Notes under the pieces: model-generated
Seen by the model: the letters and a program-made list of their open reading frames with translations, nothing else
What the model was told of the DNA's origin: nothing
Databases searched by the model: none
From: Clostridia bacterium
Lineage (GTDB): Bacteria > Bacillota > Clostridia > UMGS1883
Direction of reading: 5' to 3'
Assembly (NCBI GenBank): GCA_036307325.1
Contig: JAXJXW010000034.1
Location: 1 to 38,264, forward strand
DNA: 38,264 nucleotides
Position numbers and translations under genes: made by a program
Shown: positions 20,457 through 29,400 of the stretch, in pieces
Numbering within the stretch: position 1 is the first letter of the stretch
Layout: every line of letters starts with the position of its first letter

Positions 20457-20500
20457 GGGCTATCTCACTTTGTTAGTGAGACAGCCCCTTTCATATTTTT
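20457..20500 (+). terminator. Intrinsic terminator after citrate synthase
   Basis: GGGCTATCTCAC-tttgtta-GTGAGACAGCCC (12-bp stem with one mismatch), followed by CCTTTCATATTTTT. Confidence 0.6.
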
Positions 20501-20602
20501 AAAAACGGTCCTTTATTCCTATTGTTAAAAAGGACAGTGATATTTTATTTATCAATTTATAATTTTGGGAATGATACATTATAATTTGATTTCTAATATC
20601 TA

Positions 20603-20631
20603 TTGATTTTATTCCTTAAATTTGTTATAAT
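20603..20631 (+). promoter_or_regulatory. SigmaA-type promoter upstream of the fic gene
   Basis: TTGATT (20603-20608), a 17-nt spacer, then TATAAT (20626-20631). Confidence 0.6.
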
Positions 20632-20661
20632 ACATATAACCAACTAAAAAGAGGTATGATT

Positions 20662-21579
20662 ATGAATTATATCAAAGCTTCACAAGCAGCAGAAAAGTGG
20701 GGATTATCTCCTCGAAGAGTCAGACTTTTGTGTGCTCAAAACAGAATAGATGGTGTAATCAAAAAGGGCAAATTATATATGATACCTGAAAATGCACCAA
20801 AGCCAATTGATGCAAGAACACTAAAAGGAATTACAATTGCGGAGGAATTATCTCCTCTCCTTTTGAAAATTGATGCATTAAAGGCGGAGCTTGATTCTTT
20901 AAGGCCATTAACAACGGGGGAAGCAGAGAGACTCCGTGAACAGTTTATGGTTGACTTTACCTATAATTCTAATGCAATTGAGGGGAACACTCTTACATTA
21001 AAAGAAACCGCAATGGTGCTTGAGGGTATGACAATTGACCAAAAGCCTTTGAAAGACCACCTAGAAGCGGTTGGACACAGAGATGCATTTCTTTATGTTG
21101 AGGATATTGCAAAGGATACAAAAATCAGCGAATCGGTTATTAAAAATATTCACTCTCTTGTGCTTATTGATAGACCTGATGACAAAGGAACATATCGCAA
21201 AATTCCCGTAACCATTATGGGTGCATATACAGAGCCGGTTCAGCCGTATATGATTGAACCGAAAATGACAGAACTTCTTGCTGAAAACGAAAAACGCAAA
21301 AAGAAAATGCACACAATTGAGAGAATTGCAAGATTTCATCTTGAGTTTGAGGGTATTCACCCATTCATTGACGGTAACGGCAGATGTGGAAGACTTATCT
21401 TAAACCTTGATCTTATCCAAAACGGATACCCTGCAATCAATGTGAAATTCGCAGACAGAAAAAAATACTACGAAGCATTTGATGAGTTTTATAAGAACAA
21501 CTCTGCACAACTAATGATAGAATTGATTGGGGAATATGTGATTGAGAGAATAAAGCAGTATTTAGAAATAACGGATTGA
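20662..21579 (+). CDS. Fic family protein (probable AMP transferase) with an N-terminal excisionase-type HTH
   Basis: Canonical Fic motif [12 protein letters not shown]. An inhibitory-helix motif SNAIEG ([ST]xxxE[GN]) lies N-terminal to the core, indicating class II. The N-terminal ~45 aa resemble an HTH_17/Xis-type DNA-binding domain. The ATG at 20662 is 7 nt after the AAGAGG RBS. Confidence 0.88.
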   Translation: MNYIKASQAAEKWGLSPRRVRLLCAQNRIDGVIKKGKLYMIPENAPKPIDARTLKGITIAEELSPLLLKIDALKAELDSLRPLTTGEAERLREQFMVDFTYNSNAIEGNTLTLKETAMVLEGMTIDQKPLKDHLEAVGHRDAFLYVEDIAKDTKISESVIKNIHSLVLIDRPDDKGTYRKIPVTIMGAYTEPVQPYMIEPKMTELLAENEKRKKKMHTIERIARFHLEFEGIHPFIDGNGRCGRLILNLDLIQNGYPAINVKFADRKKYYEAFDEFYKNNSAQLMIELIGEYVIERIKQYLEITD

Positions 21580-21595
21580 TGAAAGTTTTACACAA

Positions 21596-21916
21596 ATGCT
21601 TCTTAGAAAGATTGATGAAAAAGGAATGAAGGACAGCGAGTGCTATAAAAAAGCAAATATAGACCGTAAGTTGTTTTCAAAAATACGAAGTGATATGAAT
21701 TATAAACCGAGCAAACCAACTGCCCTTGCTTTTGCAATTGCCTTGGAACTTTCTCTGGAGGAAACAAAGGATATGCTTATGAAAGCAGGTTTTGCGCTTT
21801 CACATAGCAATAAATTTGATTTGATAATTGAGTACTTTATATCAAACGGCAACTATAATATCTTTGAAATTAACGAGGCACTGTTTGCATTTGATCAGAA
21901 TTTGTTGGGATGCTAA
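21596..21916 (+). CDS. Small conserved hypothetical protein (helical, HTH-like)
   Basis: 106 aa (..[53 protein letters not shown]..). I recognise this sequence type as a recurrent Firmicute small protein, but its function is unknown. It starts 17 nt after fic. Confidence 0.55.
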   Translation: MLLRKIDEKGMKDSECYKKANIDRKLFSKIRSDMNYKPSKPTALAFAIALELSLEETKDMLMKAGFALSHSNKFDLIIEYFISNGNYNIFEINEALFAFDQNLLGC

Positions 21917-21965
21917 GTAAGTTTTAATTTAACAGTGAAAAAATCTAAATCACGGAGGTAATCTT

Positions 21966-22412
21966 ATGAAGAAAATAGTATGTATTATATCGGTATTTTT
22001 TTGCATTTTCCTTACCGGATGCGGAAATGATAGCAGTATAGGAATTATCGGCGGTGCGGATGGACCAACCTCCATAATAGTAACAGATAAAGGGGAAAAA
22101 GCGATGTATCAGCAGATTACGGCAGAGGAAGCCAAAAAGATAATGGACTCCGGGGAAGAATATATCATTTTAGATGCAAGAGAGCAGAAGGAATTTGATT
22201 CGGGGCATATTCCCGGCGCAATCCTCATTCCGTACACTGAAATTGAAAATAAAGCAGACGAGATGCTGCCCGACAAGGATATGCAGATACTTGTATATTG
22301 CAGATCGGGCAGACGAAGCAAAATTGCAGCTGAAGCTCTTTCAAAACTCGGTTATACCAATATAAAAGAGTTCGGCGGCATTATTGACTGGCCTTATGAG
22401 GTAGAAAAATGA
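21966..22412 (+). CDS. Rhodanese-domain lipoprotein (sulfurtransferase-like)
   Basis: Signal peptide with a lipobox (FLTGC), a rhodanese fold segment and the active-site loop YCRSGRRS. GGAGG RBS upstream. Confidence 0.85.
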   Translation: MKKIVCIISVFFCIFLTGCGNDSSIGIIGGADGPTSIIVTDKGEKAMYQQITAEEAKKIMDSGEEYIILDAREQKEFDSGHIPGAILIPYTEIENKADEMLPDKDMQILVYCRSGRRSKIAAEALSKLGYTNIKEFGGIIDWPYEVEK

Positions 22413-22712
22413 CAATAGTTGAAAAAGCTTATGAAGAGTGGCAGCATAGCGACAAGCAAACCATGCAAATTGGAAATGATAAATATTATCGCATTGTGTA
22501 TAGTGAGTTGTTTAAATTGAGCACTATGGATAGAGAGCTTTTATGTGTTCTTACCCAGCGGAAAGAACTTTGAGGATGAAAACGGCAATCACTTTACTTT
22601 TGATGGTTTTCATTTTGTAAAGTTTATAGGCGAAGTCCCTGAATGGTACTTAAAGTCCGGGCTATGCAGTTTGAAGTGGGTTGAAACGAAAGAAATCGGA
22701 GAATATCTATGA
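22409..22712 (+). pseudogene. Two short ORFs in overlapping frames: either a frameshifted ~100-aa gene or two micro-ORFs
   Basis: Frame A (22409-22573, 54 aa) starts with an ATGA overlap on the rhodanese stop. Frame B is open from 22521 to 22712 and ends with an ATGA overlap on the next gene's start. The frames overlap at 22521-22573. Confidence 0.35.
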
Positions 22713-23059
22713 TTAAATTTATTTGTTACCCAAAATGTACAACTTGTCAGAAGGCAAAGAAGTGGCTTGATGACAACAAAATTGAATATGAAATTCGTGA
22801 TATAAAAGAGGACAATCCTACTTTTGATGAATTGACCGAATGGTACAAAATGAGTGGAATTCCACTCAAAAAATTCTTTAATACATCCGGACTTTTATAC
22901 AAGTCAATGGAGCTTAAGGACAAGCTTCCTACTATGTCTGAAGAAGACCGGTTAAAATTACTTGCTACAGACGGAATGCTTGTAAAACGACCTCTTGTTA
23001 TTGGAAAAGATTTCGTTTTGATTGGGTTCAAAGAAAGCGAATGGGAAGAAAAGTTATGA
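22709..23059 (+). CDS. ArsC/Spx/MgsR family protein (thioredoxin-fold, CxxC)
   Basis: 116 aa with the N-terminal KCTTCQKAKKWL, comparable to the Spx/ArsC-family CxxC region. The downstream pattern is typical of the family (FNTSGLLYK.., LVKRPLVI). Confidence 0.8.
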   Translation: MIKFICYPKCTTCQKAKKWLDDNKIEYEIRDIKEDNPTFDELTEWYKMSGIPLKKFFNTSGLLYKSMELKDKLPTMSEEDRLKLLATDGMLVKRPLVIGKDFVLIGFKESEWEEKL

Positions 23060-23279
23060 AAAATTTTGGTGCAAAAGCTATTTTACATTGACATCCGGGT
23101 TTATATCGCCGTCAATTGAACCGTGTTCTTCTTCAAACTTTTTGATGTTTTCGCGAATCAGAACTAAAACATGGCTGTTCACGCTGCGGCAAAAACGATG
23201 TCAATGAAACAGCTAATCCGGCTTCAGCAGGCTTAAAATACTTATTTCTCCCAATTTTTTAAAAATGTATATTTTCTTC

Positions 23280-23308
23280 TTGACTTTTGTGACGCCTCTT
23301 GTTATACT
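23280..23308 (+). promoter_or_regulatory. SigmaA-type promoter of the metal-efflux operon
   Basis: TTGACT (23280-23285), a 17-nt spacer, then TATACT (23303-23308). Confidence 0.7.
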
Positions 23309-23316
23309 GTAATCAA

Positions 23317-23340
23317 ACAATTAAACAATTGTTTAATTGT
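23317..23340 (+). promoter_or_regulatory. Perfect 24-bp palindromic operator, a candidate ArsR/SmtB binding site
   Basis: ACAATTAAACAA|TTGTTTAATTGT is a perfect 12+12 inverted repeat. It starts 9 nt after the -10 element and so covers the predicted transcription start region. Confidence 0.65.
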
Positions 23341-23361
23341 GAAATCGAAAGGAGCATAACA

Positions 23362-23580
23362 ATGAAAAAGACTTATAAAATTGAGGTGGACTGTGCCAAC
23401 TGTGCAAACAAAATGGAAGAAGCGGCAAGGAAAACACCGGGAGTGGAAAATGCAACCGTAAACTTTATGCTTCAGAAGATGATTGTGGATTTTGTAGATG
23501 GTGCAGAGCCTGCAGCCGTTATGCAATCCGTTCTTAAAAACTGCAAGAAGGTTGAGGATGACTGCGAAATCTTCCTGTAA
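23362..23580 (+). CDS. Stand-alone heavy-metal-associated (HMA) domain protein
   Basis: 72 aa with a ferredoxin-like HMA pattern and the metal motif DCANCANK. AAAGGAG RBS upstream. The track ORF extension (23299) runs through the promoter and operator and is rejected. Confidence 0.8.
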   Translation: MKKTYKIEVDCANCANKMEEAARKTPGVENATVNFMLQKMIVDFVDGAEPAAVMQSVLKNCKKVEDDCEIFL

Positions 23581-23626
23581 TTTGTAAATCGTACATGAAT
23601 TAAACATACATGGTTGAGGTTTGAAT

Positions 23627-25510
23627 ATGAATAAAAAACAAAAAAAGATGCTTTCGAGAATTGTTCTTGCAGCAGTATTGATGATTGTTTTTGCGCTACT
23701 TCCCATTTGCGGAATACTTCGCTTTATGTTATATCTGATTCCCTATCTGGTGATTGGCCATGACATTCTATTAAAAGCGTGGAAGGGTATTCGGAACAAA
23801 CAAGTATTTGACGAGAATTTTCTTATGGCAGTGGCAACCATCGGTGCTATGATTATTGCAGTCGTGCAAAGCGGAGATTATGTTGAGGCCATTGCCGTTA
23901 TGCTTTTTTACCAAATAGGTGAGTTGTTCCAGAGCTATGCGGTAGGAAAGAGCCGAAAAAATATCAGTGAGCTGATGGATATTCGCCCTGATTATGCAAA
24001 TGTGGAGCAAGGCGGCAAGTTAATCAGATTAGACCCTGATGAGGTTTGCGTGGGAACAACTATCATTGTTCAGCCCGGTGAAAAAATCCCCATTGACGGC
24101 ATAGTTACAGAGGGTACATCAACTCTTAACACAAGTGCCCTCACGGGAGAAAGCCTGCCCCGTGATGTTAAAATCGGAGATGAAATTATCAGCGGCTGTA
24201 TAAATATGACAGGTGTCTTGAAAATGCAGACAACAAAGGAGTTTGGTGAGTCTACGGTTTCTAAGATTTTAGATCTTGTGGAGAATGCAAGCTCCAGAAA
24301 ATCCAAATCCGAAGATTTTATTTCTAAATTTGCTAAGGTGTATACCCCTGCCGTTTGTTACAGTGCCTTGGCTCTGGCAGTCCTTCCGCCGTTATTTAGT
24401 ATGCTTATTTTAAAAGTTCCTGCAAATGCAGGGCAGTGGCTGTATCGTGCTTTGTCATTCCTTGTTGCAAGCTGCCCTTGTGCTTTGGTGGTAAGTATTC
24501 CGCTAAGCTTTTTTGCAGGTATCGGCGGTGCAAGCAAGGAGGGAATACTTGTAAAAGGCTCAAACTATCTTGAAGCTCTTTCCAAAACGGGGTGCGTGGT
24601 GTTTGACAAAACAGGAACCTTGACTAAAGGCGTTTTTGAAGTCAGTGCCATACACCACAATGTGCTTTCGGAAGAAGCCTTGATTGAGTATGCCGCACTT
24701 GCCGAGAGTTCCTCCTCGCACCCCATAAGCAAAAGCCTTAAACGGGCATACGGAAAGGAAATTGAACGCAGCCGTGTAACCGATATTGAAGAAATCAGCG
24801 GTAATGGAATTATTGCCAAGGTTGACGGAAAAGCGGTTGCAGTAGGAAACAACAAGCTGATGAATAGGCTTGATATTCCCTTTACAGAGTGTCACAGTAT
24901 TGGAACTATTATTCATGTTGCAGTGGAGGGTAAATATGTAGGACATATTGTAATTTCCGATGTTTTAAAGCCCACCTCTCAAAAAGCTATTTCCGACTTG
25001 AAATCTGTCGGTGTGAAAAAAACAGTTATGCTGACAGGAGATGCCTCACAGGTGGCACAACAGGTGGCATCCTCCCTTGGAATTGATACTGTCTGCAGTG
25101 AGCTTCTGCCGGGGGATAAGGTTTCCAAGGTGGAAGAGCTGCTGGTTGAAAAACCGCCAAAATCAAAGCTTGCTTTTGTGGGTGACGGCATAAACGATGC
25201 CCCCGTTCTCTCAAGAGCCGATATTGGAATTGCAATGGGTGCTATGGGTTCAGATGCGGCCATTGAGGCGGCAGATATTGTCCTGATGGATGATGACCCT
25301 ATGAAAATTACAAAAGCTATTAAAATTTCCCGCAAATGCCTGGGAATTGTTCGCCAGAATATTATTTTTGCAATTTCCATTAAGGTAATGGCACTTATCC
25401 TTGTTGCTTTCGGTGTTGCAAATATGTGGATAGCTATTTTTGCAGATGTGGGAGTAATGGTTCTTGCCGTTTTGAATGCCATCCGTGCATTATTTGTCAA
25501 AAAACTATAA
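23627..25510 (+). CDS. Heavy-metal translocating P1B-type ATPase, Zn/Cd/Pb (P1B-2)-like
   Basis: Motifs TGES, TM6 SCPCAL, DKTGTLT, SSHPIS and GDGINDAP. TM8 carries a D-x-G (ADVGV) and TM7 a Lys, as in Zn/Cd-type pumps. There is no fused N-terminal HMA domain, which is encoded separately upstream. Confidence 0.88.
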   Translation: MNKKQKKMLSRIVLAAVLMIVFALLPICGILRFMLYLIPYLVIGHDILLKAWKGIRNKQVFDENFLMAVATIGAMIIAVVQSGDYVEAIAVMLFYQIGELFQSYAVGKSRKNISELMDIRPDYANVEQGGKLIRLDPDEVCVGTTIIVQPGEKIPIDGIVTEGTSTLNTSALTGESLPRDVKIGDEIISGCINMTGVLKMQTTKEFGESTVSKILDLVENASSRKSKSEDFISKFAKVYTPAVCYSALALAVLPPLFSMLILKVPANAGQWLYRALSFLVASCPCALVVSIPLSFFAGIGGASKEGILVKGSNYLEALSKTGCVVFDKTGTLTKGVFEVSAIHHNVLSEEALIEYAALAESSSSHPISKSLKRAYGKEIERSRVTDIEEISGNGIIAKVDGKAVAVGNNKLMNRLDIPFTECHSIGTIIHVAVEGKYVGHIVISDVLKPTSQKAISDLKSVGVKKTVMLTGDASQVAQQVASSLGIDTVCSELLPGDKVSKVEELLVEKPPKSKLAFVGDGINDAPVLSRADIGIAMGAMGSDAAIEAADIVLMDDDPMKITKAIKISRKCLGIVRQNIIFAISIKVMALILVAFGVANMWIAIFADVGVMVLAVLNAIRALFVKKL

Positions 25511-25531
25511 CATTAAGAAGGAGAATTTTCT

Positions 25532-25897
25532 ATGTCTGAAATAGAGCTTCCTCACAACCACGGGCAAGCCATGGAGCATAACTTTGACCACATGCCGAAA
25601 ACAGAGGAATTCAGCGTGATTGCCGATATATTTAAGCTTTTGGGTGATAGCAGCAGAATTAAAATTTTCTGGCTAATGTGCCATTGTGAAGAGTGCGTTA
25701 CGAACATTTCTGTCATGATGAATATGACAAGCCCTGCCGTATCACATCATCTGAAGCTGCTCCGAGGGAGCAAGCTGATTACAAGCCGAAGAGAAGGCAA
25801 AGAAGTGTACTATAAAGCGGCAAGCACCGAACAGGTACAGATGCTTCACCACGCAATTGAAAAACTGGTAAAAATCAGCTGCCCCGATAAACAGTAA
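25532..25897 (+). CDS. ArsR/SmtB family metalloregulator (CadC/CzrA-like)
   Basis: 121 aa with the wHTH signatures FKLLGDSSRIKIF and PAVSHHLKLL. It has a Cys cluster, CHCEEC, at the alpha3 position and a His-rich N-terminal tail (HNHGQAMEHNFDH). Confidence 0.88.
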   Translation: MSEIELPHNHGQAMEHNFDHMPKTEEFSVIADIFKLLGDSSRIKIFWLMCHCEECVTNISVMMNMTSPAVSHHLKLLRGSKLITSRREGKEVYYKAASTEQVQMLHHAIEKLVKISCPDKQ

Positions 25898-25942
25898 AGA
25901 GGAAACAAATTTGTTTTTGTAATTTTTTATTTGTTTTGTGAA

Positions 25943-25971
25943 TTGATTTTTGGTGAAAAATGTAGTACAAT
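25943..25971 (+). promoter_or_regulatory. SigmaA-type promoter driving the riboswitch leader
   Basis: TTGATT (25943-25948), a 17-nt spacer, then TACAAT (25966-25971). Confidence 0.6.
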
Positions 25972-26004
25972 GTAATAAATAAATTAAATATCATCACACA
26001 GAGT

Positions 26005-26216
26005 GTCGATTATGCCCCATGTGGCAAGGCTTGCCAAGGCACAATCGGTGAAAAGGGAATGGGGTGAGAATCCCCTGCGATAACTGTCGGTGTATGCTCC
26101 GAAGTTTTTATACTCGTCGGTGAAAACCGGTCATTGGGAAACTGAGAAGGCAGAGTATGAAAATGTCAGATTATCATATAATCTTATATGGAGCGAGTCA
26201 CAAGACCTGCTTTGAT
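26005..26216 (+). promoter_or_regulatory. Cobalamin (B12) riboswitch aptamer
   Basis: Conserved core elements appear in the correct order. These are GGTGAAAAGGGAAT-GGGGTGAGAATCCCC-TGCG..ACTGT (26047-26087), GTCATTGGGAAACTGAGAAGGC (26130-26151; consensus CCACTG..GGGAAGGC) and a B12-box-like GAGTCACAAGACCTGC (26195-26210). Boundaries are approximate. Confidence 0.8.
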
Positions 26217-26313
26217 ATTATCTCGTAATTGCGGCACCCGCATAGGGGTAATGTTTTTGTTTGCCTGAAAAAATTTACGGCATTCAGATTGTGATTCATC
26301 ACAGGAAAACTCA

Positions 26314-26348
26314 GCTGTGGTAATTTTTGAAATTACCGCGGCTTTTTT
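26314..26348 (+). terminator. Intrinsic terminator forming the riboswitch expression platform
   Basis: GCTGTGGTAATTT-(3-4 nt loop)-AAATTACCGCGGC gives a 13-bp stem including two G-U pairs, followed by TTTTTT. It lies about 70 nt upstream of the first ORF. Confidence 0.75.
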
Positions 26349-26419
26349 ATTTGCCTCGGTATATATGGGGGTGTAAAATAACATCAAAAAAATATATACA
26401 AAGAAAGGATTGAATTAAA

Positions 26420-29400
26420 ATGAAAACAAAACGAATTTTGAGCCTCTTGCTTGTGCTGTGTATGTTGCTTTCAACAGCACCCATTTCAGCATTTGCAGAG
26501 GAAATAACTGCTGCCGAAGCTGCAGTAATCTACCTCACCGTAAACAACAAAGGTGTAATTGCTACAGACACCGAAGGCGGCATAATGGCAAATCGTGAAG
26601 TAACCGTGACAGACAGAGATTCTAACGGGTATCTTACTTATGATGAGGCACTTAAAGCAGCACACGAGGCGTTTAACAACGAAGACGGATATATAGGTGG
26701 GGATTATGTAACAAAACTTTGGGGAGAACAAACATCTAATATATTATTTTTCATCAATAATACAGGTCTTACAGAAGGTGTTGGAACATCCATAATTTCA
26801 GCCGGAGACAGATTGACCGCATCTTTAAACAAAGATGATAAAACTTACGCAGATTGGTACACATTCTTTGATAAATCAGAAGAAACTATAGAACCAAACG
26901 AAGAAATTACCCTTACACTCAAAGGGCATCCCGGAATGACCGGAGGTGATGATACAACATTGCAGGGAATAGAAATTGGTATATGGAATGAAGGCGAATT
27001 TTCACCTATCGAAAATGCAGAAACAGACGAAGGCGGAAATATAACTATATCGTTTCCTGATACAGGCATATACTACATAACTGCGGATGGAACTGTTGAA
27101 GCAGAGGTAACTGATTATAATTTATATGATATGTCATCTATGCTGGAATCGGAAAATTCTGTACCTGTATATGGTGTAATGGATTATACAACCGGTGCAG
27201 TACAAATGGCTTATACTGCCGTAGACTATGGTGAAGGCCCATATCCTGCCGGAGAGATAAAGTATGTTGATTTCAATGAATGGGAGAATAATCAAGACGG
27301 GTATAATACATTACAGAGCAATACGCTGATTTCAAATTGCCCCATTATTGCCCCTGTTTGTATTTTAACTGTGGAAGAAAATAGCGCTGCAGGGGAAGAT
27401 ACACCGCCAACTACTGACGATGAAGATACAGGAAAACCTGACGCACCGACAGACAATGAGAAAAAAGACTATGATATTGTAATTCCCGGAGCTTTAGAAA
27501 AAATAGCAGCTAAATATATAAATAACACAGATGAATGGACAGTTATGGATATGGGGGCTTACGAAATTTATGCACCCCAAACGGAATATGCATTGACAGA
27601 TGAAGCAAGACAAGCATTCATCAATTCAGCAATCAGCACAATAAAGGACCCCTCCTGGGCTTTTTCGCCCGATACAGCTATTGATAAGGCTATTTTAGGT
27701 CTTGCTGCAATAGGAAAAAATCCCGAATTGATTTATTTGGTAAATAGCAATACAGCAATATCGGCAATAGAAAAGCTAAACGGCGTTGACAAGTCATCAA
27801 GTGCATGGAATGCTCCTTACACATTGGCAGCGTATAATCAAGGTGACTATGATACCGATAGCTATGAAAAGCAATTGGTAGATGATTTGCTTGCCGGGCA
27901 AAAAGACGACGGCAGTTGGGATGAATGGGGTACAATTGACACAACTGCCAATGTTATTGCAGGATTGTCGTTTTATAAAGACAGAGAAGATGTCAGCACC
28001 GCTATCGAAAAAGCTATAAATTATCTTTCTACACAGCAAACTGCAGAGGGAACATTCTCTGATGGTTACAACGGTTCAAACTCAAATTCGACCGCAATGG
28101 TTGTAATTGGACTTTGTGCTGCAGGCGTTGATTTGATAAATGATGACCGATTTATAAAAGGCGAAAACAACATTATTGACGGATTGCTGTCATTTTTGGT
28201 TGAAAATAAAAATGACTTTGGATTTAGTTATACGGATAAAGAAGCTGTAAACAACGGAGCTACCGAACAAAGCTTCCGCGCCTTAATCGCCTTTATGCAG
28301 ACCATCAAAACAGGTGGAGCTTACAATGTGTACGATTTCAGCGGCAGCGAGTTCACTCCTGCCCGTGAGAAAAGTAATGGCTCATCATCTTCTGCACCCT
28401 CTGAGCCAAGTGGTGATAATATTACTGTTACAATGACAATAAAGGCAGACACAGGCTATTGGCTTAAAAATTACACTACAACCATTCCAAAGGAAGGCGC
28501 AACTGTTTATCACGCATTTGTAAAGGTGTGCAGTGCAAACTCCATAACACATCAGGGTGCTGCACAGGGATATGTTTCATCAATAACTAAGGGCAACAAA
28601 ACTCTTGCCGAATTTGACAAGGGCGACAATTCAGGCTGGCTTTATAAAGTAAACGGCAAATTGCCCACGGTAGGACTTACCGAATTTCCTATAAAAGACA
28701 AAGATACCATTGTTTGGTATTATGCGGAGGATTGGACAAAGGATCCGTCAGCAGGGCATTATGGCGGTTCATCAAGTGTCAGCCAAAAGACAGAAAATAA
28801 TTCTGTTGTAACAACAACAAAGGTTTCAGGGGAAAAGGCAACTGTAACCGCAACGGAAAGCAGTATTAAAGATGCAATTTCAAATGCTGAAAAGAACAAT
28901 ACCGCATCTATTGTTATAGCTCCCACTGACACAAAAAATGCAACTGATATTACACTTGATATTCCTGCAAATTCAGTAAAAGAAATTGCTGAAAGTAAAG
29001 GCTTAACACTTTCTGTTGAAACAACTGCAGGTAATGTGGCTATTTCAAACGAAGCATTAAATGCCATTGCAGAGCAAATCGGAGATAAGGCATTAAATGT
29101 TGTGATTAAAACAAAGCTTGCTGATGAAGCTTCTGTCAGTGAAAAAATAATTTCAAAGGAAGAACTTAAAAATGCATCAATCGTAGAGATTACAATTACT
29201 TCAGGGGACACAAGTATTCACACATTTGGCGGAAATAGCTTGAGTGTTAATGTTCCCGTAAATGAAAGCACTCACAAAACCGGTAAAACCTATAAGGTGC
29301 ACATTATTTCAGCAGACGGAAGTGTTGAAACAGCTTATGGCAAATGCACAGAAAAAGACGGAAAATTATCTGTAGAAGTGCAAACTAATCATTTGTCCAC

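Noticed and set aside
23068-23262. Minus-strand peptide fragments (for example ..VLVLIRENIKKFEEEHGSIDGDINPDVNVK*) in three broken frames, and the 61-aa + strand track ORF at 23022-23207
   Set aside because: They could be the decayed remnant of a small gene. There is no intact ORF, start codon or recognisable family, so I cannot support an annotation. The + strand ORF overlaps the ArsC-family gene's 3' end and has no RBS.
25903-25916. AAACAAATTTGTTT palindrome after the ArsR gene, considered as a terminator
   Set aside because: The stem is AT-only with at most 5 bp and a 4-nt loop, which is too weak to call. Read-through from the metal operon into the riboswitch promoter region cannot be excluded.
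26184-26387. 67-aa minus-strand ORF in the leader of the B12 operon
   Set aside because: It overlaps the B12-box and the riboswitch terminator hairpin. The region is better explained as structured 5' UTR.
28759-29211. 150-aa ORF antisense to the large SLH protein (with similar antisense ORFs at 24979-25500, 35394-35810 and 19017-19499)
   Set aside because: All are embedded opposite strongly supported CDSs and have skewed, repetitive composition. None has a start context or family motif.
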